From Macrostomum lignano (Eukaryota): a stretch of DNA of 64,000 nucleotides. Shown here in pieces: positions 12,395 through 43,300 of the stretch. The position numbers and the translations under genes were made by a program. Location: NCBI GenBank assembly GCA_002269645.1, contig NIVC01000326.1:124001-188000 (forward strand), in the 5' to 3' direction. Within the stretch, counting starts at the first letter, position 1. Each line of letters opens with the position of its first letter. The notes beneath the pieces are model-generated. The model saw only the letters and a list, made by a program, of their open reading frames with translations, had not been told where the DNA came from and did no database searches.

Positions 12395-13271
12395 ATGTCG
12401 CGCAGAGGTCACGCCGTGACGGTCATGCTGATTGCCTTTATGACCGCTCTGCGAATTCACTGGGCCTCAAGCTGCATGAAGGTTGCTATTGACGGTGAGC
12501 TGAGCTGATCTGCCTAATTAACTTTCTTAATTACAGAAGCACACAAGTTGAGTTGGTTTAATTCTAAGATCAGCCAAAAAGAGTGCATAAGACGTCAAGC
12601 TTAAGTCTTAAAGGAATAAATCATACTAGCTCTATGTAGCGATATGTTATACATGTATAAGTAGGCTGAGCTGTCGGTTGCACATCTGGCCTATTTGGGG
12701 CAGGTGTAATCAATTATTTTTAGTATTAATATTATTAGTATTTTTAGTATTATTATTATTGTTGTTATTATTATTATTATATACACATATAATGGCACAC
12801 AGGGAATGGCGCGCATGTAACTGAGTTTTATAGAACTTCTTTCAGTGCACTCTTGCAAGCCGTCTATTTAGTTTTAAATCAAGTAATCTTTTAGCCCAAC
12901 CAAACTAAAAACCTTTTTTTCGCGCAGCCTTCGCCAGCGCAAGGTACATCGGCTGCTATGACGATCGCAGCGACGACCGCGACCTGCCGAATCGGGCGGG
13001 CAACGCTGCAGACATGACGGTAGAAAGGTGCTTTCAGATGTGCAAGCTGTTCAAGTCGGGTTACATCGGACTGCAGCGCGGTACCGAGTGCTGGTGCGGT
13101 GATTCGTATGGCTTCCACGGCAGAGCGCCAGAGGACCTGTGCTACATTCCCTGCCCCGGTGAACGGAAAAAGTACTGCGGAGGAAAGTCCCAGAACAGTG
13201 TCTACAGCGGCTATTACGAGGGTCAGCCAAAAAACCAGAAGGTGGAAGCCGAAGATTCGCACCTGGAGTGA
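12395..13271 (+). CDS. Secreted single WSC-domain protein, copy 2 (~147 aa)
   Basis: Exon 12395-12494 encodes a hydrophobic N-terminus with donor G|GTGAGC. A phase-1 intron leads to exon 12928-13271, which encodes YIGCYDD..RDLP...MTVERCFQMC....YIGLQRGTECWCG...C..PCPG....CGG...NSVY. Confidence 0.88.
12664..12780 (+). mobile_element. 5'-truncated non-LTR-type insertion with (TAT)n tail in the WSC2 intron
   Basis: GGCTGAGCTGTCGGTTGCACATCTGG..TGGGGCAGGTG followed by an AT microsatellite tail. Flanks ATACATGTATAA / ATACACATATAA resemble a decayed TSD. Confidence 0.6.
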
Positions 13272-14155
13272 CCACGCGTTTTTTATCGAGGTGTTACATG
13301 CATATTTTTTTGCCTCCAAGCATAGTTTTAGTATATCCATAGTGGCAATGCATGAGCTATCTTTAGTAAAATTTTATGTTCGAACGCTACACTGCTTGAA
13401 GCAATGATATTGACTCAAAAGACAATTTTTCGTAGTATCTTTGTGACCCTACGAAAATCAATAAAAATTAAATATATTTTTAAAACAGGTTGAACTTAAG
13501 TGCTCCTAAAGCTACGAGAGTAGAAGCTGTATATCTCAGAAAAATTGGTCATCTGCATGTTTTTGGGGAAAAGGTATTAAACGAATTAATATCATAGATT
13601 ATATAGATTATAGATTAGATTATATGGACAAAAGCAACCTAACCAAAAATATTTTGTGACAATATTTTGGCTATATATGTATGGTACAATATAATGGTAT
13701 GGTATAATAAATACATATATTTGTAACGCAAACTTTAAAGCACGACTCTCAGACCTCTTCACAAGTGAAGCAGACGATTGAAACTTTGAAATATGGTTTA
13801 CATATTATCGCGTGGCTTTAGAAAGAAAAAACAAAAACCAAAAACATATCTACAGCTAGTAAACGAGTTTTATTTTTAAAAAACTAGATTTAAGTCAGGT
13901 AACTCTATTTCTGTAACTTATTAAATTCAATAGCTTAAAATGATCAGCAGTTGGCGTCAACTCAATATTTAAACAGTCTATTTTTAATTAGTTCGCCTAA
14001 TTCGTTCAACACACGGACATGTCAGTTGCTAGATTGTGAGCCTTTGGATTTTTTCTCTATGATAATTGTTTCTCTATTCGTTTGCTTTTCACTTTTTGCT
14101 TTTCCTCGGTTGATTGCACTTGTGCCAGTAATCGGTAGTTAAATCACACGGCGTA

Positions 14156-17100
14156 ATGGAAAAGCATGTCGCTGTTGTTGGTTCAGGCAATATGGGATCT
14201 TGCATTTCAAAAATATGCGCACTCAATGCCCGCAGCTCAAATGAGTTTTGCAATGAGGTAAAATGAAAATTGTCAACTCATCTGACTTATGTTTCAAAAA
14301 TCGGTTTTTGATTTGTGCTTTTGTCACTTTACTAGGCCTAAACAAATTTTATTAGTAATATTTCAAGTGTAGTAGAATATTGGCTCCCAATTTGGCCTAT
14401 TTGGCAGTAAAACATGTCAATATAATCTATAAATTTATTAGACCTATAATATTTAGTTGGTTCCTTGAGATTCAATTCCTAAAACATTCAAATATAGACT
14501 CAGCAAGGTCTATCATTTTGTTTCTCATGGTATAATATTGAAAGATTACCTTATATCCATGCATTCTATCCTAAGGCTAAATATAAATTTTATGAATTTT
14601 AATTATTAAATAATCTTTGCTTTAAGCAACTAGTGCTGAAGTTAGTATAATTCATAAAGCAATTATGTTTTTATTTCATGTTTTTTGCTATATTTTATTT
14701 TGTTTTTGGGTATAACAACAATACCAGTTTAGATAATAGTAATCATTAACAGTCTTTAAATTTGTATCAAGTCTAATGTAATATCTAGGCTAAATTGTCT
14801 AATTTTTAAGTACAATTTTATGGGATGAATTCTTTGTAAAAGAATGTGTGTTGGCTAATATAGTTTAAAAAGTTGTTTATACACCTTTTAAGAAAGCTTC
14901 ATAGAAAATGAAGCTTTTATTTTTGTTAAACACAAAAATAGCTTTTAGTGAAAGTGCATTCAGTTTATTAGTTCAATAACCTGTGAGACTCATCTGTGTT
15001 TACCATCATTTGAATTCAACAATCAGGTGCGAATCTGGGTTCACGAGGAGCTGATTGGTGAAGAAAAGCTTTCAGACATTATCAATACACGGCATGAGAA
15101 TGTGAAGTACTTGGCGGGCACTCGCCTTCCAGAGAATGCCATCGCTGTCACTGACCTTGCTGAGCTGGGCAGCTGGGCTGACATCCTCATATTTGTGCTG
15201 CCTCAGCAGTTTCTGCCTCGAGTGCTCGCTGGGCTGAAGGGTCACACGCGGCCGGGTGCCTGTGCAGTCTCGCTAATCAAGGGCGTCTTTGCTGGGCAGG
15301 AAGAGGTGAGGGCCATGGCAGCGGTGCTCAGTGAAGAATCAGGGCCATGGCAGCGGTGCTCAGTGAAGAATCAGGGGGAGGGCAGCGGTGCTCAGTGAAG
15401 AATCAGGGGGAGGGCAGCGGTGCTCAGTGAAGAATCAGGGCCATGGCAGCGGTGCTCAGTGAAGAATCAGGGCCATGGCAGCGGTGCTCATTGAAGAATC
15501 AGGGGAGGGGGCAGCGGTGCTCAGTGAAGAATCAGGGCCATGGCAGCGGTGCTCAGTGAAGAATCAGGGCCATGGCAGCGGTGCTCAGTGAAGAATCAGG
15601 GGAGGGCAGCGGTGCTCAGTGAAGAATCAGGGGGAGGGCAGCCGTGCTCAGTGAAGAATCAGGGGGAGGGCAGCGGTGCTCAGTGAAGAATCAGGGGGGG
15701 GGCAGCGGTGCTCAGTGAAGAATCAGGGGGAGGGCAGCGGTGCTCAGTGAAGAATCAGGGGAGGGGGGCAGCGGTGCTCAGTGAAGAATCAGGGGGGGGG
15801 CAGCGGTGCTCAGTGAAGAATCAGGGGAGGGGGGCAGCGGTGCTCAGTGAAAAATCAGGGGGAGGGCAGCGGTGCTCAGTGAAAAATCAGGGGGAGGGCA
15901 GCGGTGCTCAGTGAAGAATCAGGGGGAGGGCAGCGGTGCTCAGTGAAGAATCAGGGGAGGGGGGCAGCGGTGCTCAGTGAAAAATCAGGGGGAGGGCAGC
16001 CGTGCTCAGTGAAGAATCAGGGGGAGGGCAGCAGTGCTCAGTGAAGAATCAGGGGAGGGCAGCGGTGCTCAGTGAAGAATCAGGGGAGGGCAGCGGTGCT
16101 CAGTGAAAAATCAGGGGGAGGGCAGCCGTGCTCAGTGAAGAATCAGGGGAGGGCAGCGGTGCTCAGTGAAGAATCAAGGGAGGGCAGCGGTGCTCAGTGA
16201 ACAACCAGCCGATCTGTGATTCCCAGGAGCCAATGCCGAGAGGCCTCAGCCTGCTGACCGACCTGATTCGCAGCAACCTCGGCATGGAATGCGCGGTGCT
16301 GATGGGCGCGAACCTCGCCCCAGAGATCGCCAAGGAGGTGTACTGCGAGGCCACCCTCGGCTGCCGGGACCCCATCCGGGCCGCCGAGCTCAAGCGCCTG
16401 TTTCAGACGCCGTACTTCCGGATCAGCATCATTGAGAACGAATTCTCCGTGGAGATCTGCGGTGCCCTGAAGAGCATCGTGGCCACCGGGGCCGGCTTCT
16501 GCGACGCTCTGGGCTTCGGGGACAACACCAAGGCTGCTGTGATCCGGCTGGGCTTCATGGAGATACTGCGATATGTGCAGCGGTTCTACGGCTCTGCTGG
16601 TGAGACTGCGGTCTGTGTGTCTGTGTGTGCCTGTCCGTCTGTCCCGTCTGTCTTAGTGTCTGTCTGTCTGTGTGTTTGTCTGTCTGTCTGTCTGTCTATC
16701 TGTCTGTCTTAGTGTCTGTCTGCCTGTCTGTCTGTCTGTCTGTCTGTCTGTCTTTCAACAACGCCAATCCAGCCGTTACGCAATCATTTATCGCCCAGGC
16801 GTGACGAAGCGCACACTGATGCAGAGCTGCGGCATGGGGGACATCATCTCTTCCTGCTACAACACCAAGGATGTCAAATGGGCGGGTGAGTTGGCAAATT
16901 TGCGTAACTTGCTTTTGTTACTGCCCACCTGTTACAAGCTACCGACGCTTAAGTAAGTCGCAGAAGTTCGAGGCCACCTGCAGCCAGGAGGCAGGCAGGC
17001 CCATTCCGCTGAGCTCTTCCGCTCAGGCTGCTGGAACAGCCTCAAGTTATTTTTTTTAAAGAAGGCCCCAAGTTAATGTGGCCCGGTGCCGAATCAAACA

Positions 17101-17894
17101 TGGGGGTGCTCTAGCGCGAGGGTCAGACACGCACCGTTACCACTGAGATGCACTGCCTCGCCACAAGCTACCCTACCTACCCAAATAACTACCTACATAT
17201 CTACCTAGCTACCTAACTACCTACCTATCTACCTAGCTACCTATCTACCTAGCTACCTATCTACCTAGCTACCTAGCTACCTATTATCTACCTACCTATC
17301 TACCTATCTACCTAGCTACCTACCTTTCTACCTAGCTACCTATCTGCCTACCTTTCTACCTAGCTACCTATCTACCCACCTATCTACCTACCTTTCTACC
17401 TAGCTACCTATCTATCTACATATCTACCTACCTATCTACCTACCTTTCTACCTAGCTACCTATCTATCTACCTATCTACTTAGCTACCTATCAAACTTGA
17501 CTACCTATCTACCTACCTACCTATCTACCTACCCAATTACCTAGGTACCTATCCACCTATCTACCCGCCTACCACCCCACCCGCAGCCACCCATGACGGC
17601 TCTGGGCCGCTTGGCATGCACGATCTCGTGACCACCTGCTACGGCGGCCGCAACCGCAAGCTGGGAGAGGCGATGGTCCTCACCGGCAAGCCGCTGCGCC
17701 AGCTGGAGAAGGAGATGCTGGACGGCCAGCGTCTGCAGGGCCCCCTCATCGCGGCCGAGGTGCACCGAGCCCTGCAGGAGGAGGGCCAGCTGCAACGGTT
17801 CCCCCTGATGGTGGCGGTGCACCTCATCTGCTCGGGCCAGATGAAGCCGCAGGACTTTATTGAGCAGCTGCGGGAGCACCCTGAGCACATGTGA
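14156..17894 (+). CDS. GPD1: NAD-dependent glycerol-3-phosphate dehydrogenase (GPD1 family), with an extra 87-nt exon
   Basis: Exons 14156-14257 (VAVVGSGNMG), 15027-15305 (HENVKYL, DILIFVLP, SLIKG), 16227-16599 (LMGANLA, EICGALK, GFGDNTKAAVIRLG), 16799-16885 and 17587-17894 ([16 protein letters not shown], HPEHM*). Intron phases 0,0,1,1 are consistent. The protein is 382 aa with the 87-nt exon and 353 aa without. Confidence 0.95.
15311..16200. repeat. ~32-bp minisatellite (GGCAGCGGTGCTCAGTGAAGAATCAGGG...) filling GPDH intron 2
   Basis: Starts about 5 nt after the donor and ends about 25 nt before the acceptor. Confidence 0.95.
16610..16752. repeat. (TGTC)n microsatellite in GPDH intron 3
   Basis: Directly visible. 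Confidence 0.9.
17064..17156 (-). mobile_element. tRNA-derived SINE-like element
   Basis: Reverse complement begins GCAGTGCATCTCAGTGGT (A-box-like), contains a degenerate B box and ends CACATTAACTTGGGG. The same head and tail occur at 39707-39790. Confidence 0.45.
17165..17565. repeat. (CTAC/CTAT)n microsatellite in GPDH intron 4
   Basis: Directly visible. Confidence 0.92.
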
Positions 17895-18394
17895 CCCCCC
17901 AGTCTGTCTGACTGTTCACAGCAGGGTCCCAATTCTGGTTTAATTCTGTCCTGCTGCACCTGAGCTTAGAGAAATGTAGAGTCAAGCAGTGGTTATTATC
18001 AGTGTGAAATTCTTCTACCTGGCTCAGTTAGGGTGCAGCGGGACATTAATATTTTATTACCGAAACAATCCTAGTGTTTCTACTGTTAGTAATCAATGCA
18101 GCTGGTTGATCAATTATCGTTATCGCCTCACAATTAACTTATCCTTAGCTTTGAATTCAGTGTTTTAGTGTTGTGTTCAACTGTAAGTCTTTTTAAATGT
18201 GCTTTTTTGCATTCGCATGTGTTTTTTTATCAACTGCTCATACTCTGATGCAGTCTGTCAGTGTCATGTACAAGCTTGCTTTTGTCTAGTTCTTTTAGTT
18301 CTTATTTTCCAGAGTTTTAACTGTAGACTCTGACTCTGTACCTCTTCTGCCTGCTTTGTCTGACCGCTAGAAAGGATTGAGAAAGATCAGAAAG

Positions 18395-19115
18395 TCAGAC
18401 AGATTCAGTCAGTAAGTCAGGAAAATTCAGTCAGTGAGTCAGGGATATTCAGTCAGTGAGTCAGGGAGATTCAGTCAGTGAGTCAGGGAGATTCAGTCAG
18501 TGAGTCAGAAAGATTCAGTCAGTGAGTCAGGAGGATTCAGTCAGTGAGTCAGGGAGATTCAGTCAGTGAGTCAGGGAGATTCAGTCAGTGAGTCAGGGAG
18601 ATTCAGTCAGTGAGTCAGGGAGATTCAGTCAGTGAGTCAGGGAGATTCAGTCAGTGAGTCAGGGAGATTCAGTCAGTGAGTCAGAAGGATTCAGTCAGTG
18701 AGTCAGGGAGATTCAGTCAGTGAGTCAGGAGGATTCAGTCAGTGAGTCAGGGAGATTCAGTCATTGAGCCAGGAAGATTCAGTAAGTGAGTCAGGAAGAT
18801 TCAGTCAGTGAGTCAGGGAGATTCAGTAAGTGAGTCAGGAAGATTCAGTCAGTGAGTCAGGGAGATTCAGTCAGTGAGTCAGGGAAATTCAGTCAGTGAG
18901 TCAGGGAGATTCAGTCAGTGGGTCAGACAGATTCAGTCAGTGGGTCAGGAAGATTCAGTCAGTGAGTCAGGGAGATTCAGTCAGTCAGTCAGGGAGATTC
19001 AGTCAGTGAGTCAGGAAGATTCAGTCAGTGAGTCAGGGAGATTCAGTCAGTGGGTCAGACAGATTCAGTCAGTGGGTCAGACAGTGAGTCAGGAAGATTC
19101 AGTCAGAGACTCAGG
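18395..19115. repeat. 22-bp minisatellite (GATTCAGTCAGTGAGTCAGGGA)
   Basis: Directly visible. Confidence 0.95.
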
Positions 19116-19659
19116 AAGCTCATTAAACTGGCTCATCAGGCAGTCAGACACACCAGTCACCTGTTATCCCTCAGCTCTTGAACCCCGCAACCTTGCCTGA
19201 CACATTTAGCCCAGATCTCCCTACTGACGAGTAGTTTAGTGCGCCTATTTTTATCAAAAAAGATTGCTTTTGCTATTTTTTCAGTCCCAGATGGTCAGTG
19301 AAGATGGAGTATTTTGTATTTGCTTTCACGCTTGTCTTCACTGGCCAGCTGTCAAGTGACTGTTAGCTTGTATTATTTCTCAAATAATTGTATTATTTGA
19401 GATCATACCGACTGTAATGTTGGATTCTGTTCAGTTCATAGCGCTGCTCATTTAGACATTTAGAATTTATTAGCAGAAAGTTACTTTTCCCATCGAAACT
19501 TAGTAGTAAATAAATTGGTAGAATAAACTTTAGGAACTATTTTTTAGACAGTTTTGTATATTAGCACAATGCAACTTGGCCTTTTTGAGTATTTGCTTTC
19601 CAGTTTTGGATTTTTATTTAATCAAAACCCAACAAACCTGACTCGATTTGCAACTCACT

Positions 19660-20450
19660 TTCACACAAACCCCAACCAATATTCACACAAACCCCAACTA
19701 ATGTTCACACAAACCTCAACTAGTGTTCACACAAACCTCAACTTGTGTTCACACAAACCCCAATTAGTGTTTACACAAATCCCAACTAGTGTTCACACAA
19801 ACCCCAACCAGTGTTCACACAAATCCCAACTAGTGTTCACACAAACCTCAACTAGTGTTCACACAAACCCCAACTAGTGTTCACACAAACGTCAACTAGT
19901 GTTCACACAAACCTCAACTAGTGTTCACACAAACCCCAACTAGTGTTCACACAAACCTCAACTAGTGTTCACACAAACCTCAACTAGTGTTCACACAAAC
20001 CTCAACTTGTGTTTACACAAATCCCAACTAGTGTTCACACAAACCCCAACTAGTGTTCACACAAACCCCAACTAGTGTTCACACAAACCCCAACCAGTGT
20101 TCACACAAACCCCAACTAGTGTTCACACAAACCCCAACTAGTGTTCACACAAATCCCAACTAGTGTTCACACAAACCTCAACTAGTGTTCACACAAACCC
20201 CAACTAGTGTTCACACAAACCCCAACCAGTGTTCACACAAACCCCAACTAGTGTTCACACAAACCCCAACTAGTGTTCACACAAACCTCAACTAGTGTTC
20301 ACACAAACCCCAACTAGTGTTCACACAAACGTCAACTAGTGTTCACACAACCCCCAACAAATGTTCACACAAACCCCAACCAATGTTCACACAAACCCCA
20401 ACCAATGTTCACACAAACCCCAACCAATGTTCAGATAAACCCTAACCGAT
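19660..20450. repeat. 22-bp minisatellite (CACACAAACCCCAACTAGTGTT)
   Basis: Directly visible. Confidence 0.95.
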
Positions 20451-21284
20451 GTACACGCTAATACCAACGATCGTTCACACAAATTCCAGTCTAAAGTTCG
20501 CACAAATCCCCCAGGGGCGTCGCCACCGGGGAGGGGACAGGGGGGACATGTCCCCCACAGTAAAATCTATGGGGGGACGTGCCAATGCTTTGTCCCCCAC
20601 TCCACCTCACCTTGTGGTCCATTATAGAAATCAATAATTTTGCTGCAGGGCGACAAAACAGCGCCTGTGGCGCCAAAATGATTAATGCCTGCGGCGCCAA
20701 AATTCGAAAATGAGTGCCTGCGGCGCTAAAATGTGTGCCTGCAGCGCCAAATTGATGAGTAGCTGCGGCGCCAAAATTCGAAAATGAGTGCCTGCGGCCC
20801 CAAAATGAGTGCCTGCGGCGCCAAAATGAGTGCCTGTCTTTTCACAATGCAAATTTCATTGAAGCTCGGTGAACCATCTCACAGAAAACCTCAGCTTTCA
20901 ACATTTAATGATGCACGAAAAGGATAAAGAAACAAAAGCCAGGATGATAAATTTCGGACACTTACCATTTTTTCTGGCTTAGACTGCACTCGCACAAATT
21001 GGCATTTCTGGTTTTACACTCGAATATTTTGGTGCCAACATCGCCTTCTGTAAGCATTCGGCCGCCCTAGTAAAGGATGTGGGCGTTTCACGTGCCACTA
21101 ATTGGTTTAGGGCTTTGCCTAATGCAGATCATTCATCACAGAAATGCTTTCGCATTGATGGGGCTGGCTGTTGTAGGGTGGCAAAATATTCTTTGTGTGG
21201 TTCTTCATTTCTGCTGCTAAATTTTGAGGGGATAATCTCCCTAAAATACGGATCTTGTCTTCCGAATTCTGTGCTTTGGATTTA

Positions 21285-22085
21285 GGGATGTTTATCGAGT
21301 GCTTGGGAATGTTTATCGAGTGCTTGGTAATGTTTATCGAGTGTTTAAGAATTTTTATCGAGTGTTTGGGAATGTTTATCGAGTGTTTGGGAATGTTTAT
21401 CGAGTGTTTGGGAATGTTTATCGAGTGTTTGGGAATGTTTATCGAGTGTTTATGAATGTTTATCGAGTGTTTGGGAATGTTTATCGAGTGTTTGGGATGT
21501 TTATCGAGTGTTTGGGATGTTTATCGAGTGTTTGGGATGTTTATCGAGTGTTTGGGAATGTTTATCGAGTGTTTGGGAATGTTTATCGAGTGTTTGGGAA
21601 TGTTTATCGAGTGTTTAAGAATTTTTATCGAGTGTTTGGTAATGTTTATCGAGTGTTTGGGAATGTTTATCGAGTGTTTGGGATGTTTATCGAGTGTTTA
21701 GGATGTTTATCGAGTGTTTAGGATGTTTATCGAGTGTTTGGGAATGTTTATCGAGTGTTTGGGAATGTTTATCGAGTGTTTAAGAATTTTTATCGAGTGT
21801 TTGGTAATGTTTATCGAGTGTTTGGGAATGTTTATCGAGTGTTTGGGATGTTTATCGAGTGTTTGGGAATGTTTATCGAGTGTTTGGGAATGTTTATCGA
21901 GTGTTTGGGATGTTTATCGAGTGTTTGGGGATGTTTATCGAGTGTTTGGGAAGGTTTATCGAGTGTTTAGGATTTTTATCGAGTGTTTGGGATGTTTGTC
22001 GAGTGTTTAGGATGTTTATCGAGTGTTTGGGATGTTTATCGAGTGTTTGGGAATGTTTATCGAGTGTTTGGGATGTTTATCGATG
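21285..22085. repeat. 20/21-bp minisatellite (GAGTGTTTGGGAATGTTTATC)
   Basis: Directly visible. Confidence 0.95.
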
Positions 22086-22609
22086 TTTATCTATTGAAAC
22101 GAACCACTTCTGCAGATGGCAGCTGAACTGAGGCTGCCCAACCGTCCTTTTAATCCTTACTTCGCCGGTGTCTGCATCGTAAAAATCGCCACAAACCTTC
22201 ATCCAGCTTCTGTATAAAAATGTGATTAAAATTCAACATCAGACAATATCCGTTTATTCGATGAGGCCGAAATTTTCATTCGAGCTCGCGGAATCAATCG
22301 ATCCAGGGTCGCCCGCCAATTTCCGGCATGTCCAAAGTGGCTCTCCGCTCCGTGCCAGCGCACTGTAAAGCATCTTCATCGCCAGTCTCCGAGCGCTGCC
22401 ATCAAACTCGATAAATAAAAATTCCACTGCAAATCTGCAGACCCCCCGCCGCGAGCCACTTGCTGCGGGTCTCCGTGCAGATCGTGTGGGGGGCTCTTGA
22501 AGCATCCACAGCTCGAGAGGGCTGGCTTGGGAAGCTGGAGCCGCTGGTGCGTGCGGTTGTCGGCTCTGACTGTCAATGCTGCAGCATCACGGGGCGGTTG
22601 GACTCGGTA

Positions 22610-23150
22610 ATTGCACACCCACAGATTGCACACCCACAGATTGCACACCCACAGATTGCACTCCCACAAATTGCACACCCACAAATTGCACACCCACAGA
22701 TTGCACACCCACAAATTGCACACCCACAGATTGCACACCCACAGATTGCACACCCACAGATTGCACACCCACAGATTGCACACCCACAAATTGCACACCC
22801 ACAAATTGCACACCCACAGATTGCACACCCACAGATTGCACACCTACCGATTGCACTCCCACTGATTGCATTTCCACTGATTGCACACTTACCGATTGCG
22901 CACACCCACTGATTGCACTCCCACTGATTGCACTCCCACTGATTGCACACCCACCCACTGATTGCACAACCCACCGATTGCACACCCACTGATTGCACTC
23001 CCACCGATCGCGCACCCACTGATTGCACACCCACCGATTGCACACCCACAGATTTCACACCTACTGATTGCACACCCACAGATTGCACCCCACTGATTGC
23101 ACTCCCACTGATTGCACACCCACTGGTTGCACTCCCACTGATTGCACGCC
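22610..23150. repeat. 15-bp minisatellite (GATTGCACACCCACA/T)
   Basis: Directly visible. Confidence 0.93.
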
Positions 23151-23369
23151 GCAGTGGACCCGCCGTTAGCAAGTATGCCAGCAGCCATGCCCATCCCGCA
23201 CAGGCACAAAAAAGTACAGTGAATCGAATCCTGTCAGTCGAATTATGAGTCTGCTACTCACGAACGCGATCATCAGGAAAAAGATGCTAAAACGTTTAGA
23301 AAGTATTTGGCCAGAACCAAAACAAGTGTCGATCTGTCCGTCTCGAATCTGCCCAGCCCTTCAGTCGGA

Positions 23370-23553
23370 GACTCGCTCTGATTGGTCGGTGCTCAGCAGC
23401 CAATAGCGGGCGAGCCAGAGCTGCCAGCGCTGCAGAGCCGCTGCAGTGCCCCCCGCCCAGTGGAAGTCCCACTAATTTGTGGGATATAGAGGCTCAAGAG
23501 GGACGAACTGGACGGGCGTATAAAAATCCCAGCCATGAGCCCTTGCTCACTTT
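23370..23553 (+). promoter_or_regulatory. Probable Pol II core promoter of the Ig gene
   Basis: Opposed CCAAT boxes (~23372 ATTGG, ~23400 CCAAT), TATAAAAA at 23519-23526, and Inr-like TCACTTT at 23547-23553, about 30 nt downstream of the TATA box. Confidence 0.55.
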
Positions 23554-23785
23554 AGCTCCAGGAGAGAGAGAGAGGGCTCAAGACTCTGGACAAGCGGCTT
23601 CATCCCCATCTCCTCTCGCTCAGAGATGATTGCGTACGCCAGAGCTTCAGTCACTTTGCTGCCCATTGTCAGCGGCTGACTGCTTCAAGAATTGATCTTG
23701 AAGAGCTTAGAGAAAGGACACCTCTCCGTTTCTAAGAAATATTGAGAAAATGCTGCGCAACTTACCGGTAATTACGGCTGAGAAG

Positions 23786-42947
<19,162 letters not shown>

Positions 42948-43099
42948 AAGCAGAGGCGTCTGTAAATATTTCTGCAACACTGCATGGTTAAGCAATCTTC
43001 GATACCGAATTCCTTTTATCAGCATTCGTTTTGTCACCTTTTGCAAGTTGACTAAGAGGTGCAGGTTAAGCAGATTTGGGAGCGGTTAGTACACAGATA

Positions 43100-43300
43100 A
43101 ATCAGGCTGCTTGAAATACTTATCAACCCTTCGCGACAGCCCCTGCTGGGGTAACTGAGGCTGTGTGTGGCGACCCCCCAGTCCTCGGACTGAACAGCCG
43201 TACGCAGCCTTCGGAGGCGCCGAGCAATAGCTGCGGCTGAGCTGTCGGTTGCACATCTGGTTTGAGTTGGGGCAGGTGCGATCAATAATTACTATATTAT
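43100..43300 (+). mobile_element. Dispersed non-LTR-like 3'-end repeat with AT-rich tail (duplicated at ~53080-53280)
   Basis: Homologous to 11326-11394 and 12664-12713. Confidence 0.6.

Noticed and set aside
15311-16200. Regular repeats (also 23920-25590, 34505-35035) as CRISPR arrays
   Set aside because: No unique spacers, head-to-tail units, and a eukaryotic intronic context
20512-21070. hAT-like MITE starting CAGGGGCGTCGCC
   Set aside because: No matching right TIR or TSD found
21255-23248. Repetitive ORFs (MFIECLG, AHPQI, CNLWV); likewise 27133-27867, 33397-35077, 40582-41820 and their duplicates
   Set aside because: Satellite translations with no splice or homology support
23330-23345. 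13-bp GATCTGTCCGTCT shared with ~60219
   Set aside because: A single short match in 64 kb with opposite orientation relative to the nearby TATA boxes; could be chance
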